The position numbers were made by a program, and so were the translations under genes. From Vicinamibacteria bacterium (lineage in GTDB: Bacteria; Acidobacteriota; Vicinamibacteria; Marinacidobacterales; Marinacidobacteraceae), in the NCBI GenBank assembly GCA_965199715.1, contig OZ241322.1, positions 1-64,000 of the forward strand: a DNA stretch of 64,000 nt, in the 5' to 3' direction. Below the pieces are notes generated by a model. The model saw nothing but the letters and a program-made list of their open reading frames with translations, was not told where the DNA came from and made no database searches. Every line of letters begins with the position of its first letter. Positions within the stretch are counted from its first letter, which is position 1. Below, in pieces: positions 30,325 to 39,999 of this stretch.

Positions 30325-31401
30325 TCAAAGCTTGAGTCTCCGGACCACCTGCCCGTCGTTTTCCCAAGGCGTGGCCTTGTAGCGGGACGCCTCCTCCTCG
30401 GTGGGCTGCGCGCCCGCGTCGTCGATCGCGCGGGAGACGAGCGTGTGGTCGCCCGCAGCGGCGTTCCGCCACGGCGCCCGGAAGCGTCGGAAGCCGTACC
30501 GGTGCGCCGCCGGGTGCAGCTCGGCGGGCCGGAAGGGGCCGTCGTCCACCCGGACCTCGACGGCGCGGATCGGCGCGGCGCCGTCGTTCCAGGCGAGGCC
30601 GTGGACTTCGAGATCGCCGCCGGAGGTCCGCTCGACCCGGGTCACGAGCGACTTCAGCCGCATCCGCCCGATCGCGCTGGCGCGATGCGCGACCCCCGAC
30701 GGCGTCTCGACGCCGCGCACGGTCACGTAGTCCTTCGCCTGGTACCAGCCGGCGAAGCGCCCGTTCCAGACCTCGATCCGGTGGAGCCACTTGACCTGCG
30801 CGACTCCGTAGAAGCCGGGGACGATGAGCCGTAGCGGGCCGCCGTGCTCCGGGGGCAGGGGTTCGCCGTTCATGGAGTCGGCCAGAAGCGCGCCCCCGCC
30901 GAGCGCGTCCGGCACCGGAAGGCTGCGCGCGAACCGGCCCGGGTACTCGTTCCCGCGGAGGCGTTCGACCGCCCGGTCGGCGCCGAAGAACACGACTTCG
31001 CGCGATGCGGGGCCGACGAGGTCCCGGATCAGCGGGACGAGCGGGACGCCGCCCCAGCGCGCCGCCCCGACGAGCCCGTGCATGCCGATCCCGCCGTTGC
31101 CGCAGCACTCGAAGAGCGAGACCGCCTCGCGCCTGGGGAGCGCGGCGAGGTCGTCGAGGCCGTAGCTGCGGGCGCCGACGGCGAGCCGGAACTGCGCCCG
31201 CCGGATTTCGGGCACTCCGCCGTGGTGGAGGACGAAGAACTCGGGAGTCGGGACGGTCTCGCCCCGGATCCGCGAGAGGTCCGTGTAGCGGGCGCGCGTT
31301 CCCTCGGGCGGCGGCTCGAGGTCGCTCCACGGGACGACCCGGTCCTGCGCCCACGCCGGGAGCGTGGCGGCGAGGCCGAGGAGCGCTTCCCGGCGGTTCA
31401 G
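30325..31401 (-). CDS. Molybdopterin-dependent oxidoreductase, sulfite oxidase family (Tat)
   Basis: ECCGN Mo-ligand motif, MNGEPLPPEHGGPLRLIVPG, KWL, SRAIDDAG dimerisation domain; NRREALLG Tat-like leader upstream of GTG 31215; start uncertain. Confidence 0.85.
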   Translation of the reverse strand: MNRREALLGLAATLPAWAQDRVVPWSDLEPPPEGTRARYTDLSRIRGETVPTPEFFVLHHGGVPEIRRAQFRLAVGARSYGLDDLAALPRREAVSLFECCGNGGIGMHGLVGAARWGGVPLVPLIRDLVGPASREVVFFGADRAVERLRGNEYPGRFARSLPVPDALGGGALLADSMNGEPLPPEHGGPLRLIVPGFYGVAQVKWLHRIEVWNGRFAGWYQAKDYVTVRGVETPSGVAHRASAIGRMRLKSLVTRVERTSGGDLEVHGLAWNDGAAPIRAVEVRVDDGPFRPAELHPAAHRYGFRRFRAPWRNAAAGDHTLVSRAIDDAGAQPTEEEASRYKATPWENDGQVVRRLKL

Positions 31402-31441
31402 CAGGCGCCGGCCCCCCGGGGGACCGGCGCCCGGGCCCGGA

Positions 31442-34243
31442 TCAGAAATGGATCCGGAGCGCGACGCGGGCGATGCGCGGCGAGAGGTAGTTCGAGATCC
31501 TCCCGTAGTTCGCGCCGCTCGACGTGTTGATCGCGGTCACCGTGTTCTGGTTCGTGATGTTGAACAGGTTCAGCTCGGGGGACACGCGCACGTCGCCCAC
31601 CATGAAGTCGCGGAAGAGCGCGAAGTCGAAGGTCGTGACGTTGTCGAGGCGGTCGCTTCCGATGGGCGCCGAGAGGATCGTCGCGCCGCCTTGGTTCAGC
31701 CCGCTCACGAAGAACGTGCGGGCCACCGGCTGCCCGGTCTGGTAGCGCATGACTCCCGACGTGCGGAAGCCGAACGGCGCGTGCCAGGTGCCGATCACCT
31801 TGAACTGGTGGGTGCGGTCGTAGAACGACCGGCCCTTGGCGTTCACCTGCTGGTTCGGGTTCCCGAAGATGCCCGGGTTCGTGTTCTCCCACTGGCTGCC
31901 CCGGCTCCACGTGTCGGTGTCGTTCCACGTGTACGAGACGAGCGCCTGCCAGTTGTTCGAGAACCGCTTCTGGCCGGTCAGTTCGACGCCGTTGTAGGAC
32001 GTCTCGAACTTGTCCACCGTGGCGACCTGGAGCTCGCTCAGCCCGACGAATTCGGGCCGCAGGTTGTACACCGTGAGCTGGCCGCCGTCGTCGCCGGTGC
32101 CGGCCATCCCGTCCACGCCCGGATCGGTGACCTGCATCGCGTCATAGGCCGAGTCCGGAGCGGCGAGGTTGACGACGTCGGACTTGTCGTCGCTGGTGCG
32201 GCGCGAGAACGTCGCCTGCACCCAGATGTCGCCCTCGAACTCGCGCTCGAGGCTCACCGTGAATTCGTCGGTGAACTCGTGCTTCAGGTCTGGCGAGATC
32301 GTGTTCACGGCCGCCAGCGCCCCGAACTGGTCGGAGAGGATGGCCCCCTGCTCGCCGTTCTGGAACTGGCCGTCGCCGTTGAGGTCGCTCCACTCGTAGG
32401 TGTTCGTGAGCCCGCCGTTCTGGTTCACGAAGTTGGCGAACCCGGTGGAGAACTGGTGGTAGTAGCGGCCCCAGCTCGCCTTGAGGGCGCTCTTGCCGCC
32501 CTCCTCGAGCCCGACCACGACGCCGATCCGCGGCGCGAAGCTGGACAGGTCGAGGATGCCGTTCCGCTCGGGGAACACCCGGGGACAGCCGGCCGCCGTC
32601 GTGCACCAGGTGCCGTCCGGGCTGTTCTGCTCGGGCAGCCAGCCGTGGTAGCGGTCCCAGCGGAGGCCCAGCTTCAGGGTGAAGCGGCCGCTCGTGATGA
32701 TGTCGTCGATGTAGGCCGAGGTCTGGTCGAGCGTCTGGGCGTCGTTCCGCGGCGTGTTCCGGAACTGGACCTGAAACGGGACGCCGTTGTTCAGGCGGAT
32801 GAACACGTCGTCGATCGCCGTGGTCTCGTTCCGGATCGGGTTGTGCGAGTACTCGAGGCCGAGCTTGAACTCGTGGTCCGCGCCCGCCATGTCCTCGAGG
32901 AAGTACGTCAGGTCGCTCTTGTAGGAATAGCGCTTCCGGCGCCGCTCCACGTTGAAGTCGCGGGCGTTCAGGAACGTCCCGAGGCCCACGTCGAACCCGG
33001 CCTGCCTCCCGGCGGCCTGCGCCTCCTCCGAGTGGTACGTCGGGAACCACACGTTCAGGTGCGAGAACCGGGTGTCCAGCAGCGCGTTCTCGCTGAGGGT
33101 CGAGGTCCACGTCGCCTGGATGATGCGGAAGGTGTCGTCCTCGATCCACGTGGCCTCCGGGGGCCGGTTCTCGGCGAGCCCCCGTCTCGGCTTCCAGTAG
33201 GTCATCTCGTGCCACTCGACGCTGAACTTGTTGCTCTGGTTCAGGTCGGTGTCGCTCTTGAGGACGAACTGGCGCATGTCGGTGTCCTCGGTGACCGACT
33301 GCACGCCGGAGACGTAGCGGTGGACCCGCTCGTCCCGGAACGAGAAGTAGAAGGTGGAGCGGTCGCGCACGATCGGGCCGCCGATCTGGCCGTTGAAGTC
33401 GCTCAGGTAGTCGAACTCGGAGGCCGTGCCGCCCTGCGACTCCAGCTCGCTGCTGAAGTTGTCGAACTGGGTGGCGTCGTTCTGGTAGAACGCTCCCACC
33501 GAACCGGTGTACTCGTTGCCGCCGGTCTTGGTGACCATGTTCAGGTACACGCCGGGCGCGTTCACCGACGCCGGGTGCGACCCGACCTCGACCTGGATTT
33601 CCTCGAAGCTGTCGTAGTCGTAGTAGTAGCCGCTGGCCCCGAGCGCCGCCGGGCAGGTGACGTTGACGCCGTTGAGGTAGTAACTGTTCTGCCCCCACGA
33701 GGTGCCCCGGGCCGAGAAGACGGCCTGGAGGCCGGTCTCGCTCCCGCCCACGTCGAGGCGGTTCGTGGTCACGCCGGGCGCCTGGTGCTCGAGCAGCGAC
33801 CAGACGTCCCGGGCGCTCGGCACCTCCTCCAGCAGGCTCTCGTCGAAGGTGGCGCCGATGACGGTGCTCTTCGTGTCGAGCAGCGGCGACTCGCCGACGA
33901 CGGTCACGGTCTCCTGGACGGTGGAGAGCTCCAGCGTGACGTTCAGCGACGTGGTGCGGGCGATGTCCACCCGGACCTCCTCGTAGATGAGCGTCTGGAA
34001 CCCGCTGAGCTCGTAGCGCAGCGTGTAGATGCCCGGCGACACCGACAGGAACCGGTAGGAACCGCCCCCGGAACTGACGGAGACGTCGCTGCCGCCGTCA
34101 CCGGTGAGCGTCACGGAGACGCCCGGCAACACCTGTCCGGTGCCGTCGAGGATCGTGCCCTCGACCGTGCCCGACTGCGTCTGGCCGAACGCGCCGCCCG
34201 CCGCGAGAAGCAGCGTGGCGATCAAAGAGGTGGCGTTTCTCAT
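31442..34243 (-). CDS. TonB-dependent receptor with N-terminal carboxypeptidase-regulatory-like domain
   Basis: Signal peptide; LPGVSVTL, GxYTLxxELSGF, ETVTVVGESP, TKTGGN, GLRWD, terminal Phe. Confidence 0.92.
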   Translation of the reverse strand: MRNATSLIATLLLAAGGAFGQTQSGTVEGTILDGTGQVLPGVSVTLTGDGGSDVSVSSGGGSYRFLSVSPGIYTLRYELSGFQTLIYEEVRVDIARTTSLNVTLELSTVQETVTVVGESPLLDTKSTVIGATFDESLLEEVPSARDVWSLLEHQAPGVTTNRLDVGGSETGLQAVFSARGTSWGQNSYYLNGVNVTCPAALGASGYYYDYDSFEEIQVEVGSHPASVNAPGVYLNMVTKTGGNEYTGSVGAFYQNDATQFDNFSSELESQGGTASEFDYLSDFNGQIGGPIVRDRSTFYFSFRDERVHRYVSGVQSVTEDTDMRQFVLKSDTDLNQSNKFSVEWHEMTYWKPRRGLAENRPPEATWIEDDTFRIIQATWTSTLSENALLDTRFSHLNVWFPTYHSEEAQAAGRQAGFDVGLGTFLNARDFNVERRRKRYSYKSDLTYFLEDMAGADHEFKLGLEYSHNPIRNETTAIDDVFIRLNNGVPFQVQFRNTPRNDAQTLDQTSAYIDDIITSGRFTLKLGLRWDRYHGWLPEQNSPDGTWCTTAAGCPRVFPERNGILDLSSFAPRIGVVVGLEEGGKSALKASWGRYYHQFSTGFANFVNQNGGLTNTYEWSDLNGDGQFQNGEQGAILSDQFGALAAVNTISPDLKHEFTDEFTVSLEREFEGDIWVQATFSRRTSDDKSDVVNLAAPDSAYDAMQVTDPGVDGMAGTGDDGGQLTVYNLRPEFVGLSELQVATVDKFETSYNGVELTGQKRFSNNWQALVSYTWNDTDTWSRGSQWENTNPGIFGNPNQQVNAKGRSFYDRTHQFKVIGTWHAPFGFRTSGVMRYQTGQPVARTFFVSGLNQGGATILSAPIGSDRLDNVTTFDFALFRDFMVGDVRVSPELNLFNITNQNTVTAINTSSGANYGRISNYLSPRIARVALRIHF

Positions 34244-34301
34244 GGGCCCTCCCTGGCTTGAAAGGGGATTCAAGGCAAGAATCGAGCCTCGCCCATTCGG
34301 A

Positions 34302-34322
34302 TCACAAGCTGTTTGTGCACAA
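34302..34322. promoter_or_regulatory. Candidate transcription-factor operator upstream of the receptor
   Basis: Perfect palindrome TTGTGCACAA (34313-34322) and CACAA-n5-TTGTG inverted repeat in an AT-richer spacer. Confidence 0.4.
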
Positions 34323-34352
34323 CGGGTTGACTCCCTCCCGCAGGTCGGCGAT

Positions 34353-35444
34353 TCAATCGTTTGGAACCATCCCCATGGAACAGGTGAACAGCGCCCGCTG
34401 CCGGTCGGTCCAGTCCCCCGATCCGTTGCCGTGCTGGATGAGCATCCGCCCCTCCCGGTACATGCCGAGGTCGAGCGCGAATTCCTTGCCGTTCGACTGG
34501 CGGCCGCTGTGGTCCCAGGCCGCCGGAAGCGCCGGGTCGTGGAACCGATAGGTCCCCGTGCGGCCGTACGCGATCCGGTTCGACCAGACGTCCATCCCGG
34601 GGATGAGCCCGGCGAGCCCGCCCGAGGGGTCCGTCCCGAGACGGGTCTCGACTTCGAGGATTCCGGGGATGACCGCCCGGCGGAGCACGGCTGCGGCGCG
34701 GCGGATCGAGGTCACCGTGAGCGGAACCCGCCGGATCGCCCGGTAGCGCTGCGGCGCTCCCGGCGCGAGGCTGCGGAAGATCCCGAGGACGGCCCGCTCC
34801 TGCTCCGCCGAGAGCTCCTGGTCGAGGTAGAGCGCGACCCACGACTCGGGGCCGAGCGTGACGAACTCGGCGCCGGCGAGGTCGGTCGTCCCGTACCGGC
34901 CGGATTCGAGCCGCGTCGCCGTCGTCGCGTGGCACGGCGGGTGGGACGGCGGGGCGTTCGAGCGGCAGGGGCAGGGGGTGTCGCAGGGACAGGCGGTGAA
35001 GGCGTGGCCCCGGATGGACCAGTCGGGGAAGCGGTCGCCCGGGGACGCCGTCACCGGCGGGAGCCGCATCCCGAACCCGCCGGCGGGGCGCACCACGAAC
35101 CGCACCGTCTCGGCGAACCGGAGCGCCGCCGGCTCGCCATCGACCAGCGTGGGTGCGTAGGCCCAGTCCTCGGCCGCCGCCACCGCCGCCGCCGCGAGCT
35201 CCTCCGGCCCCCGGAGGCTTCTCGCGGCGGACACCGCGCCGCTCGGGTCGAGCGTCAGCTCGAGGATGACGAGCGCCTCCTCGTTCCGCGCGGCGGCGGT
35301 CTCGGGGTATTCCGGGGGCACGAAGCGCACCCGCTCGGGCCGGGCGATCTCGCCGCCCACCGGCAGGATCGGGGCCTCCTCGGGCGCGCCGCAGGCGAGG
35401 GCGAGCGCCAGCGGCCACCACGACGCCCGCCAGCGTGGGAACAT
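34353..35444 (-). CDS. Lipoprotein fusing a TonB C-terminal domain to a DUF1326 Cys-rich domain
   Basis: LALAC lipobox; PEYP...VILEL...AAVAAAEDWAYAPTLVDGEP (TonB-C); WSIRG...CPCDTPCPC...C...GRYG..DLAG (DUF1326). Confidence 0.75.
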   Translation of the reverse strand: MFPRWRASWWPLALALACGAPEEAPILPVGGEIARPERVRFVPPEYPETAAARNEEALVILELTLDPSGAVSAARSLRGPEELAAAAVAAAEDWAYAPTLVDGEPAALRFAETVRFVVRPAGGFGMRLPPVTASPGDRFPDWSIRGHAFTACPCDTPCPCRSNAPPSHPPCHATTATRLESGRYGTTDLAGAEFVTLGPESWVALYLDQELSAEQERAVLGIFRSLAPGAPQRYRAIRRVPLTVTSIRRAAAVLRRAVIPGILEVETRLGTDPSGGLAGLIPGMDVWSNRIAYGRTGTYRFHDPALPAAWDHSGRQSNGKEFALDLGMYREGRMLIQHGNGSGDWTDRQRALFTCSMGMVPND

Positions 35445-35461
35445 GACCCGCATTCTGACCG

Positions 35462-36526
35462 ATGCGAACGCTGGCCCTCGTCGCCGCGGTGCTCGCGGGC
35501 GTCGTGCAGGAGGACCCGCTCCGGCGGGCGGCGGCGCTGCTCGAGGCGGGGGACGCCGAAGCGGCCGCCGCGCTCGTCGCCGGGTTCGTCGAGGGACGCG
35601 AGACCGAGCCGGAGGCGCGGCAGCGGGCCGGCGTCTTCTGGCTCGTCAGCGGCGAGCCGCGCCGGGCGGTCGCGCACCTTCGCGCCGCCGTCGAGTCGGA
35701 TCCCGCGTTCGTGGATGGGTTTCTCGCGCTCGGGCAGGCGCTCGGCCAGATCGGGGAGACCGAGCCGGCGCTGGCCGCGCTCCGGGAGGCCGGGCGGCTG
35801 GCGCCGGAACGCACGGATCCCCGCTACCTCGCCGCGGCGGTGCTGGACTCTGCGGGAAGGCTCCCCGAAGCGGTCGCCGAGGCTTCCGAAGCCGTCGCGG
35901 CCGCGCCCCGGGACCCCGAACTGCGACGGTTCCTCGGCCGGCTGCTGCTGCGGGTGGAGCGATGGCCGGAGGCCCAGGCCGAGCTGGAGGAAGCGATCCG
36001 GCTCGGCTACCGGGGGGATCCCGCCGTGCTCGCCGAGCTCGGCGCGGCGCTGCTCGGGCAGGAGCGGCTCCGGGCGGCGCGGCTCGCCTTCGAGCGCCAC
36101 CGGGAGCTTGCTCCCGGCGATCCCGGGACGCTCCTCCAGCTCGGGTACGTCGCGTGGCGCGACGGCGATCACGACCGCTCCGCGGCGTTGCTCGAGGAGG
36201 CCATCGCGCTGGACCCCGGGCTCCGCCGCGCCCACCACTTCCTCGGGCTGACCGCGCTGCGGCGCGAGGATCTTGACGGCGCGGAGGCGGCGTTCCGGCG
36301 GGCGCTCGAGACCGGCGCGGACTTTCCCGAGGCGTGGTTCCACCTCGGCAAGATCGCGCTCCGGAGGGGCCGGGCGGAAGCGGCGGCGCGCCATTTCGAG
36401 ACGGCGCTGGAACACGACCCCGACTACGCCGAGGCGCTGTACCAGCTCGCCTTCGCGCGCCGCCGGCTCGGCGATTCCGAGGGAGCCGCCCGCGCGCTCG
36501 AGCGGTTCCGGGATGTGCGACGATGA
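35462..36526 (+). CDS. Exported TPR protein
   Basis: Signal peptide then about 8 TPR repeats (AWFHLG, DPDYAEALYQLA). Confidence 0.85.
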   Translation: MRTLALVAAVLAGVVQEDPLRRAAALLEAGDAEAAAALVAGFVEGRETEPEARQRAGVFWLVSGEPRRAVAHLRAAVESDPAFVDGFLALGQALGQIGETEPALAALREAGRLAPERTDPRYLAAAVLDSAGRLPEAVAEASEAVAAAPRDPELRRFLGRLLLRVERWPEAQAELEEAIRLGYRGDPAVLAELGAALLGQERLRAARLAFERHRELAPGDPGTLLQLGYVAWRDGDHDRSAALLEEAIALDPGLRRAHHFLGLTALRREDLDGAEAAFRRALETGADFPEAWFHLGKIALRRGRAEAAARHFETALEHDPDYAEALYQLAFARRRLGDSEGAARALERFRDVRR

Positions 36527-36530
36527 GCCG

Positions 36531-37487
36531 ATGACCCTGCTCCTCACGCTCCTGCTGGCGGCCGCGCAGCACCAGCCGGTCGCGACGTTCTCCATCCTCG
36601 GCCACGACCCGGACACCGGCGAGCTCGGCGTCGCCGTCCAGTCGAAGTACTTCTCGGTGGGGCACGTGGTCCCGTGGGCGGAAGCCGGGGTCGGCGTCGT
36701 GGCGACGCAGGCCAACGTGAACGCCGGCTACGGGCTCCGGGGCCTCGAACTGCTGCGCGAGGGGCTGTCCGCGGAGGAGGTCCGGGACCGGCTGCTCGCC
36801 GAGGACGAGTTCCCGGGGGTCGAGGGGCGGCAGTTCGCGGTGATCGACGCGCGCGGCGGGATCGCGGCGCACACCGGGCCGACCGCCAACTTCTGGGCGG
36901 GGCACCGGGTCGGCGAGCATTACTCGGCGCAAGGAAACATCCTGACGGGGCCGGAGGTAGTGGACGCCATGGCCGAGGCCTTCGAGTCGGCCTCGGGGAC
37001 GCTCGCCGAGCGGCTCCAGGCGGCCATGGTCGCCGGGCAGGAGGCCGGCGGCGACAGCCGCGGCCGGCAGTCCGCGGCGATGCTCGTGGTAGGGAAGCGG
37101 ATGGGCCGGAACATCAACAACGACGTGGTGGCCCGGCTCCAGGTCGAGGACCACCCGACCCCGATCGTCGAGCTCGGGCGCGTGCTCGACATCAACCTCG
37201 CCCTCGCCGCGATGAGCCGCGGCCGCCGGCTTCAGGAGGCCGGCGACATGGCCGGGGCGCTCGGGGAGGCGGAGCGCGCGGCGCGGCTCTGGCCGGCGGC
37301 CTCCGATGCCTGGCTCCACCTCGGACTGCTCGCGTACTCGCTCGGCGACCGCGACCGGGCGCTCGAGGCGCTCCGGGAGGCGGCGGACCGAAACGAGCTG
37401 TTCCGCGGCCAGCTCGAGTCCACCCTGAGCTGGACCGGCCATCCGGGACTCGACGAGGAATTCATGGCCGCGCTCTTCCCGGAGTGA
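36531..37487 (+). CDS. DUF1028 (Ntn-hydrolase-like) protein with C-terminal TPR
   Basis: ATFSI, GVAVQS, VATQA, QGNIL, GGDSRGRQSAA, DHPTP motifs after a signal peptide. Confidence 0.88.
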   Translation: MTLLLTLLLAAAQHQPVATFSILGHDPDTGELGVAVQSKYFSVGHVVPWAEAGVGVVATQANVNAGYGLRGLELLREGLSAEEVRDRLLAEDEFPGVEGRQFAVIDARGGIAAHTGPTANFWAGHRVGEHYSAQGNILTGPEVVDAMAEAFESASGTLAERLQAAMVAGQEAGGDSRGRQSAAMLVVGKRMGRNINNDVVARLQVEDHPTPIVELGRVLDINLALAAMSRGRRLQEAGDMAGALGEAERAARLWPAASDAWLHLGLLAYSLGDRDRALEALREAADRNELFRGQLESTLSWTGHPGLDEEFMAALFPE

Positions 37488-38377
37488 GCCTCCTCCTTCT
37501 CGCGCTCCTCCTCCAACCGCCGGACGAGCTTCTGGCCGAGGGCCGGCGCTGGCTCGACTCGGGAAACCCAGCGGCCGCGGCGCGCGTGTTCGCCCGCCTC
37601 GCCCGGGAGGCGCCCGACGCCCGCTCCCACTACTACCTCGGGGTCGCGCTCCTCGCCGCCGGGCGCCCCGCCGAAGCGGTCGCGCCGCTCCGCCGGGCCG
37701 ACGCGCTCGCCCCCGAACCCGTCGCCGCCGCCGCGCTCTCGCTGGGCGCCGCGCTGATCCGCTCCGGCGACAGCGCGGGGGCCGTCGCGGCGCTGGCCGC
37801 CGCCGCCGAACGCTTCCCCGACGCGGCCCCGATCCTCCTCCAGTTGGGCCACGCCCGCTACCTCGAGCTCGACGGCGACGGCGCCCGCGAGGCGCTCGTC
37901 CGCGCCCGCCGGCTCGAGCCGGGAAATCCGGCGGTCCACTTCCACCTCGGGCTCGCCGAGGCGGCGCTCGGGGAGGTGGAACGCGCCGCCGCGTCCTTCG
38001 CCGAGGCGATCCGGCTCCGGCCGGACGACCCGGACTCGCGGGTCGCGCTGGCGCGGATCCTCGCCCAGCGGGGGCGGCTCGACGAGGCCGAAGCCGCCTA
38101 CCGCGACGCGCTCGGTCTCGCGCCGGGGTCGCCCGCCGCGCTCACCGGGCTCGGCGCGCTGCGGCTCCAGCGCGGCGATCCCGAGGCGGCGCGGGGACAT
38201 CTCGAAGCCGCGCTCACAGCGGAGCCCGACCACCGACAGGCGCTCTACCATCTCGCCGCCGCGTTCGCCGCCCTCGGCCGCGACGAGGAAGCCGCCCGGG
38301 TCCGCGAGCGCTTCGTCGAAGTCGCCGCCGCCGGGAACCCGGCCCACCGTCCGACCCGCACCCGCGTCCGCCGCTGA
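37484..38377 (+). CDS. Exported TPR protein
   Basis: GTGA coupling; hydrophobic leader; TPR repeats (HYYLG, HFHLG, ALYHLA). Confidence 0.82.
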   Translation: MSLLLLALLLQPPDELLAEGRRWLDSGNPAAAARVFARLAREAPDARSHYYLGVALLAAGRPAEAVAPLRRADALAPEPVAAAALSLGAALIRSGDSAGAVAALAAAAERFPDAAPILLQLGHARYLELDGDGAREALVRARRLEPGNPAVHFHLGLAEAALGEVERAAASFAEAIRLRPDDPDSRVALARILAQRGRLDEAEAAYRDALGLAPGSPAALTGLGALRLQRGDPEAARGHLEAALTAEPDHRQALYHLAAAFAALGRDEEAARVRERFVEVAAAGNPAHRPTRTRVRR

Positions 38378-39999
38378 TGCCCGCGCTGCTGATCCTGCTG
38401 GCCGCGCTCCAGTTCCACGACCGCACCGAGGAGTCGGGGATCCGCTTCCACCACGAGGACGGCGGGAGCGGCCGGCGGTACGTCGTCGAAATCGTCGGCG
38501 CCGGCGTGCTCACGCTCGACTACGACCTCGACGGCTGGCCCGACCTTTTCTTCGTGAACGGGGCGCCCCTGCCCGGGGATCCGACGGCGGCCACCGAGGG
38601 CAACCGCCTCTTCCGGAACCGGGCCGACGGGACCTTCGAGGATCGGACCCGGGAGGCGGGGCTCCTCGATCCGGCCGACCGGCGCCGCTACGCGATGGGC
38701 GGCGTCTCGGGGGATCTCGACAACGACGGCGATCCGGACCTGCTCGTCACCCACTTCGGCGCGGAGCGGCTGTACGAAAACCGGGGCGACGGCACTTTCG
38801 CCGAGGTTCCCGGCGCCGGCGGCGCGACGGACCCGCACTGGACGACCAGCGCCGCGCTGTTCGACGCCGACGGCGACGGCTTCCTCGACGCCTACGCCGC
38901 CAACTACCTCGACTATTCGCTCGAGGGGCACCGCGACTGCGTCAGCCCGGTGCGCGACCTCCTCGCCTACTGCCATCCGCAGGAATACCCCGGCGTCGCC
39001 GACTCGTTCTTCCGCAACCGGGGCGGGCTCGCCTTCGACGCCGCGCCGGTCCCCGGCTCGGAGGACGGGAAGGGGCTCGGGGTCTCGGTGACCGACCTCG
39101 GCGGCGACGGCGTTCCCGACGTGTACGTCGCAAACGACACGACTCCCAACTTCCTCTTCCGGGTCGAGGTCCGGGACGGCGAGGCGCGCCTTGCGGAGCG
39201 CGGGCTCGCCGCCGGCGTGGCCTACAACGAGGAGGGGCTTCCCGAGGCGGGCATGGGGACCGACTGGGGCGACGCCGACGGCGACGGGCGCATGGACCTC
39301 GTGGTCACGAACTTCGACTTCGAGACGAACACGCTCTACCGCAACCTTGGCGGCGGGCTCTTCCTCGACGCCACGCAGGCGATGGGACTCGGCGGCGAGT
39401 CGCTCACCGAGCTCGCCTTCGGTTGCGACCTCGCCGACTTCGACAACGATGGCCTCCTCGATCTCGTGGTCACGAACGGCCACATCCTCGACAACATCGA
39501 ACAAATCCAGTCCAACCTCCGCTTCGCGCAGCCGGGGCGGTACTTCCGGAACCGGGGCGGGACCTTCGTGGCCGCGCCGGGCGGGGATCTCGAGCGGCCC
39601 AGGGTCGGGCGCGGCCTCGCCACGCTCGACTACGACCGCGACGGGGCGCTCGACCTCGCGCTCGCGAACAACCGGGGCCCGGCGGAGCTGCTCCGGGGCG
39701 CGGGCGGCGGTCGCTCCGCCGGGCTGCTCCTCGTCGGCGCGACCGGCAACCGGGACGGCGTCGGGGCCCGGGTCCGACTGTCCTCGGGAAGAGTCGCGGA
39801 GCGCCGCGCCGGCTCCAGCTACCTGTCCCAGCACGACCCGGCGCTCTGGTTCGGGCTCGGCGACCGCGCCGACTCCGGGCCGATCCGGATCCGCTGGCCC
39901 GGCGGGCGGGAGGAGTCGCTGCCCGCGCTGCCGGCGGGGCGGGTGACCGTCGTGCGCGAGGGCCGGGGACCGGTGGGGTCCATCCCGCTGAAGCCATGA
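38377..39999 (+). CDS. CRTAC1 family FG-GAP / ASPIC-UnbV protein
   Basis: DYDLDGWPDL, DLDNDGDPD, EAGMG, SSYLSQ motifs. Confidence 0.9.
   Translation: MPALLILLAALQFHDRTEESGIRFHHEDGGSGRRYVVEIVGAGVLTLDYDLDGWPDLFFVNGAPLPGDPTAATEGNRLFRNRADGTFEDRTREAGLLDPADRRRYAMGGVSGDLDNDGDPDLLVTHFGAERLYENRGDGTFAEVPGAGGATDPHWTTSAALFDADGDGFLDAYAANYLDYSLEGHRDCVSPVRDLLAYCHPQEYPGVADSFFRNRGGLAFDAAPVPGSEDGKGLGVSVTDLGGDGVPDVYVANDTTPNFLFRVEVRDGEARLAERGLAAGVAYNEEGLPEAGMGTDWGDADGDGRMDLVVTNFDFETNTLYRNLGGGLFLDATQAMGLGGESLTELAFGCDLADFDNDGLLDLVVTNGHILDNIEQIQSNLRFAQPGRYFRNRGGTFVAAPGGDLERPRVGRGLATLDYDRDGALDLALANNRGPAELLRGAGGGRSAGLLLVGATGNRDGVGARVRLSSGRVAERRAGSSYLSQHDPALWFGLGDRADSGPIRIRWPGGREESLPALPAGRVTVVREGRGPVGSIPLKP

Noticed and set aside
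31408-31440. GC hairpin after the TonB receptor stop
   Set aside because: No U-tract, and it probably lies within the leader of the next gene, so not called a terminator
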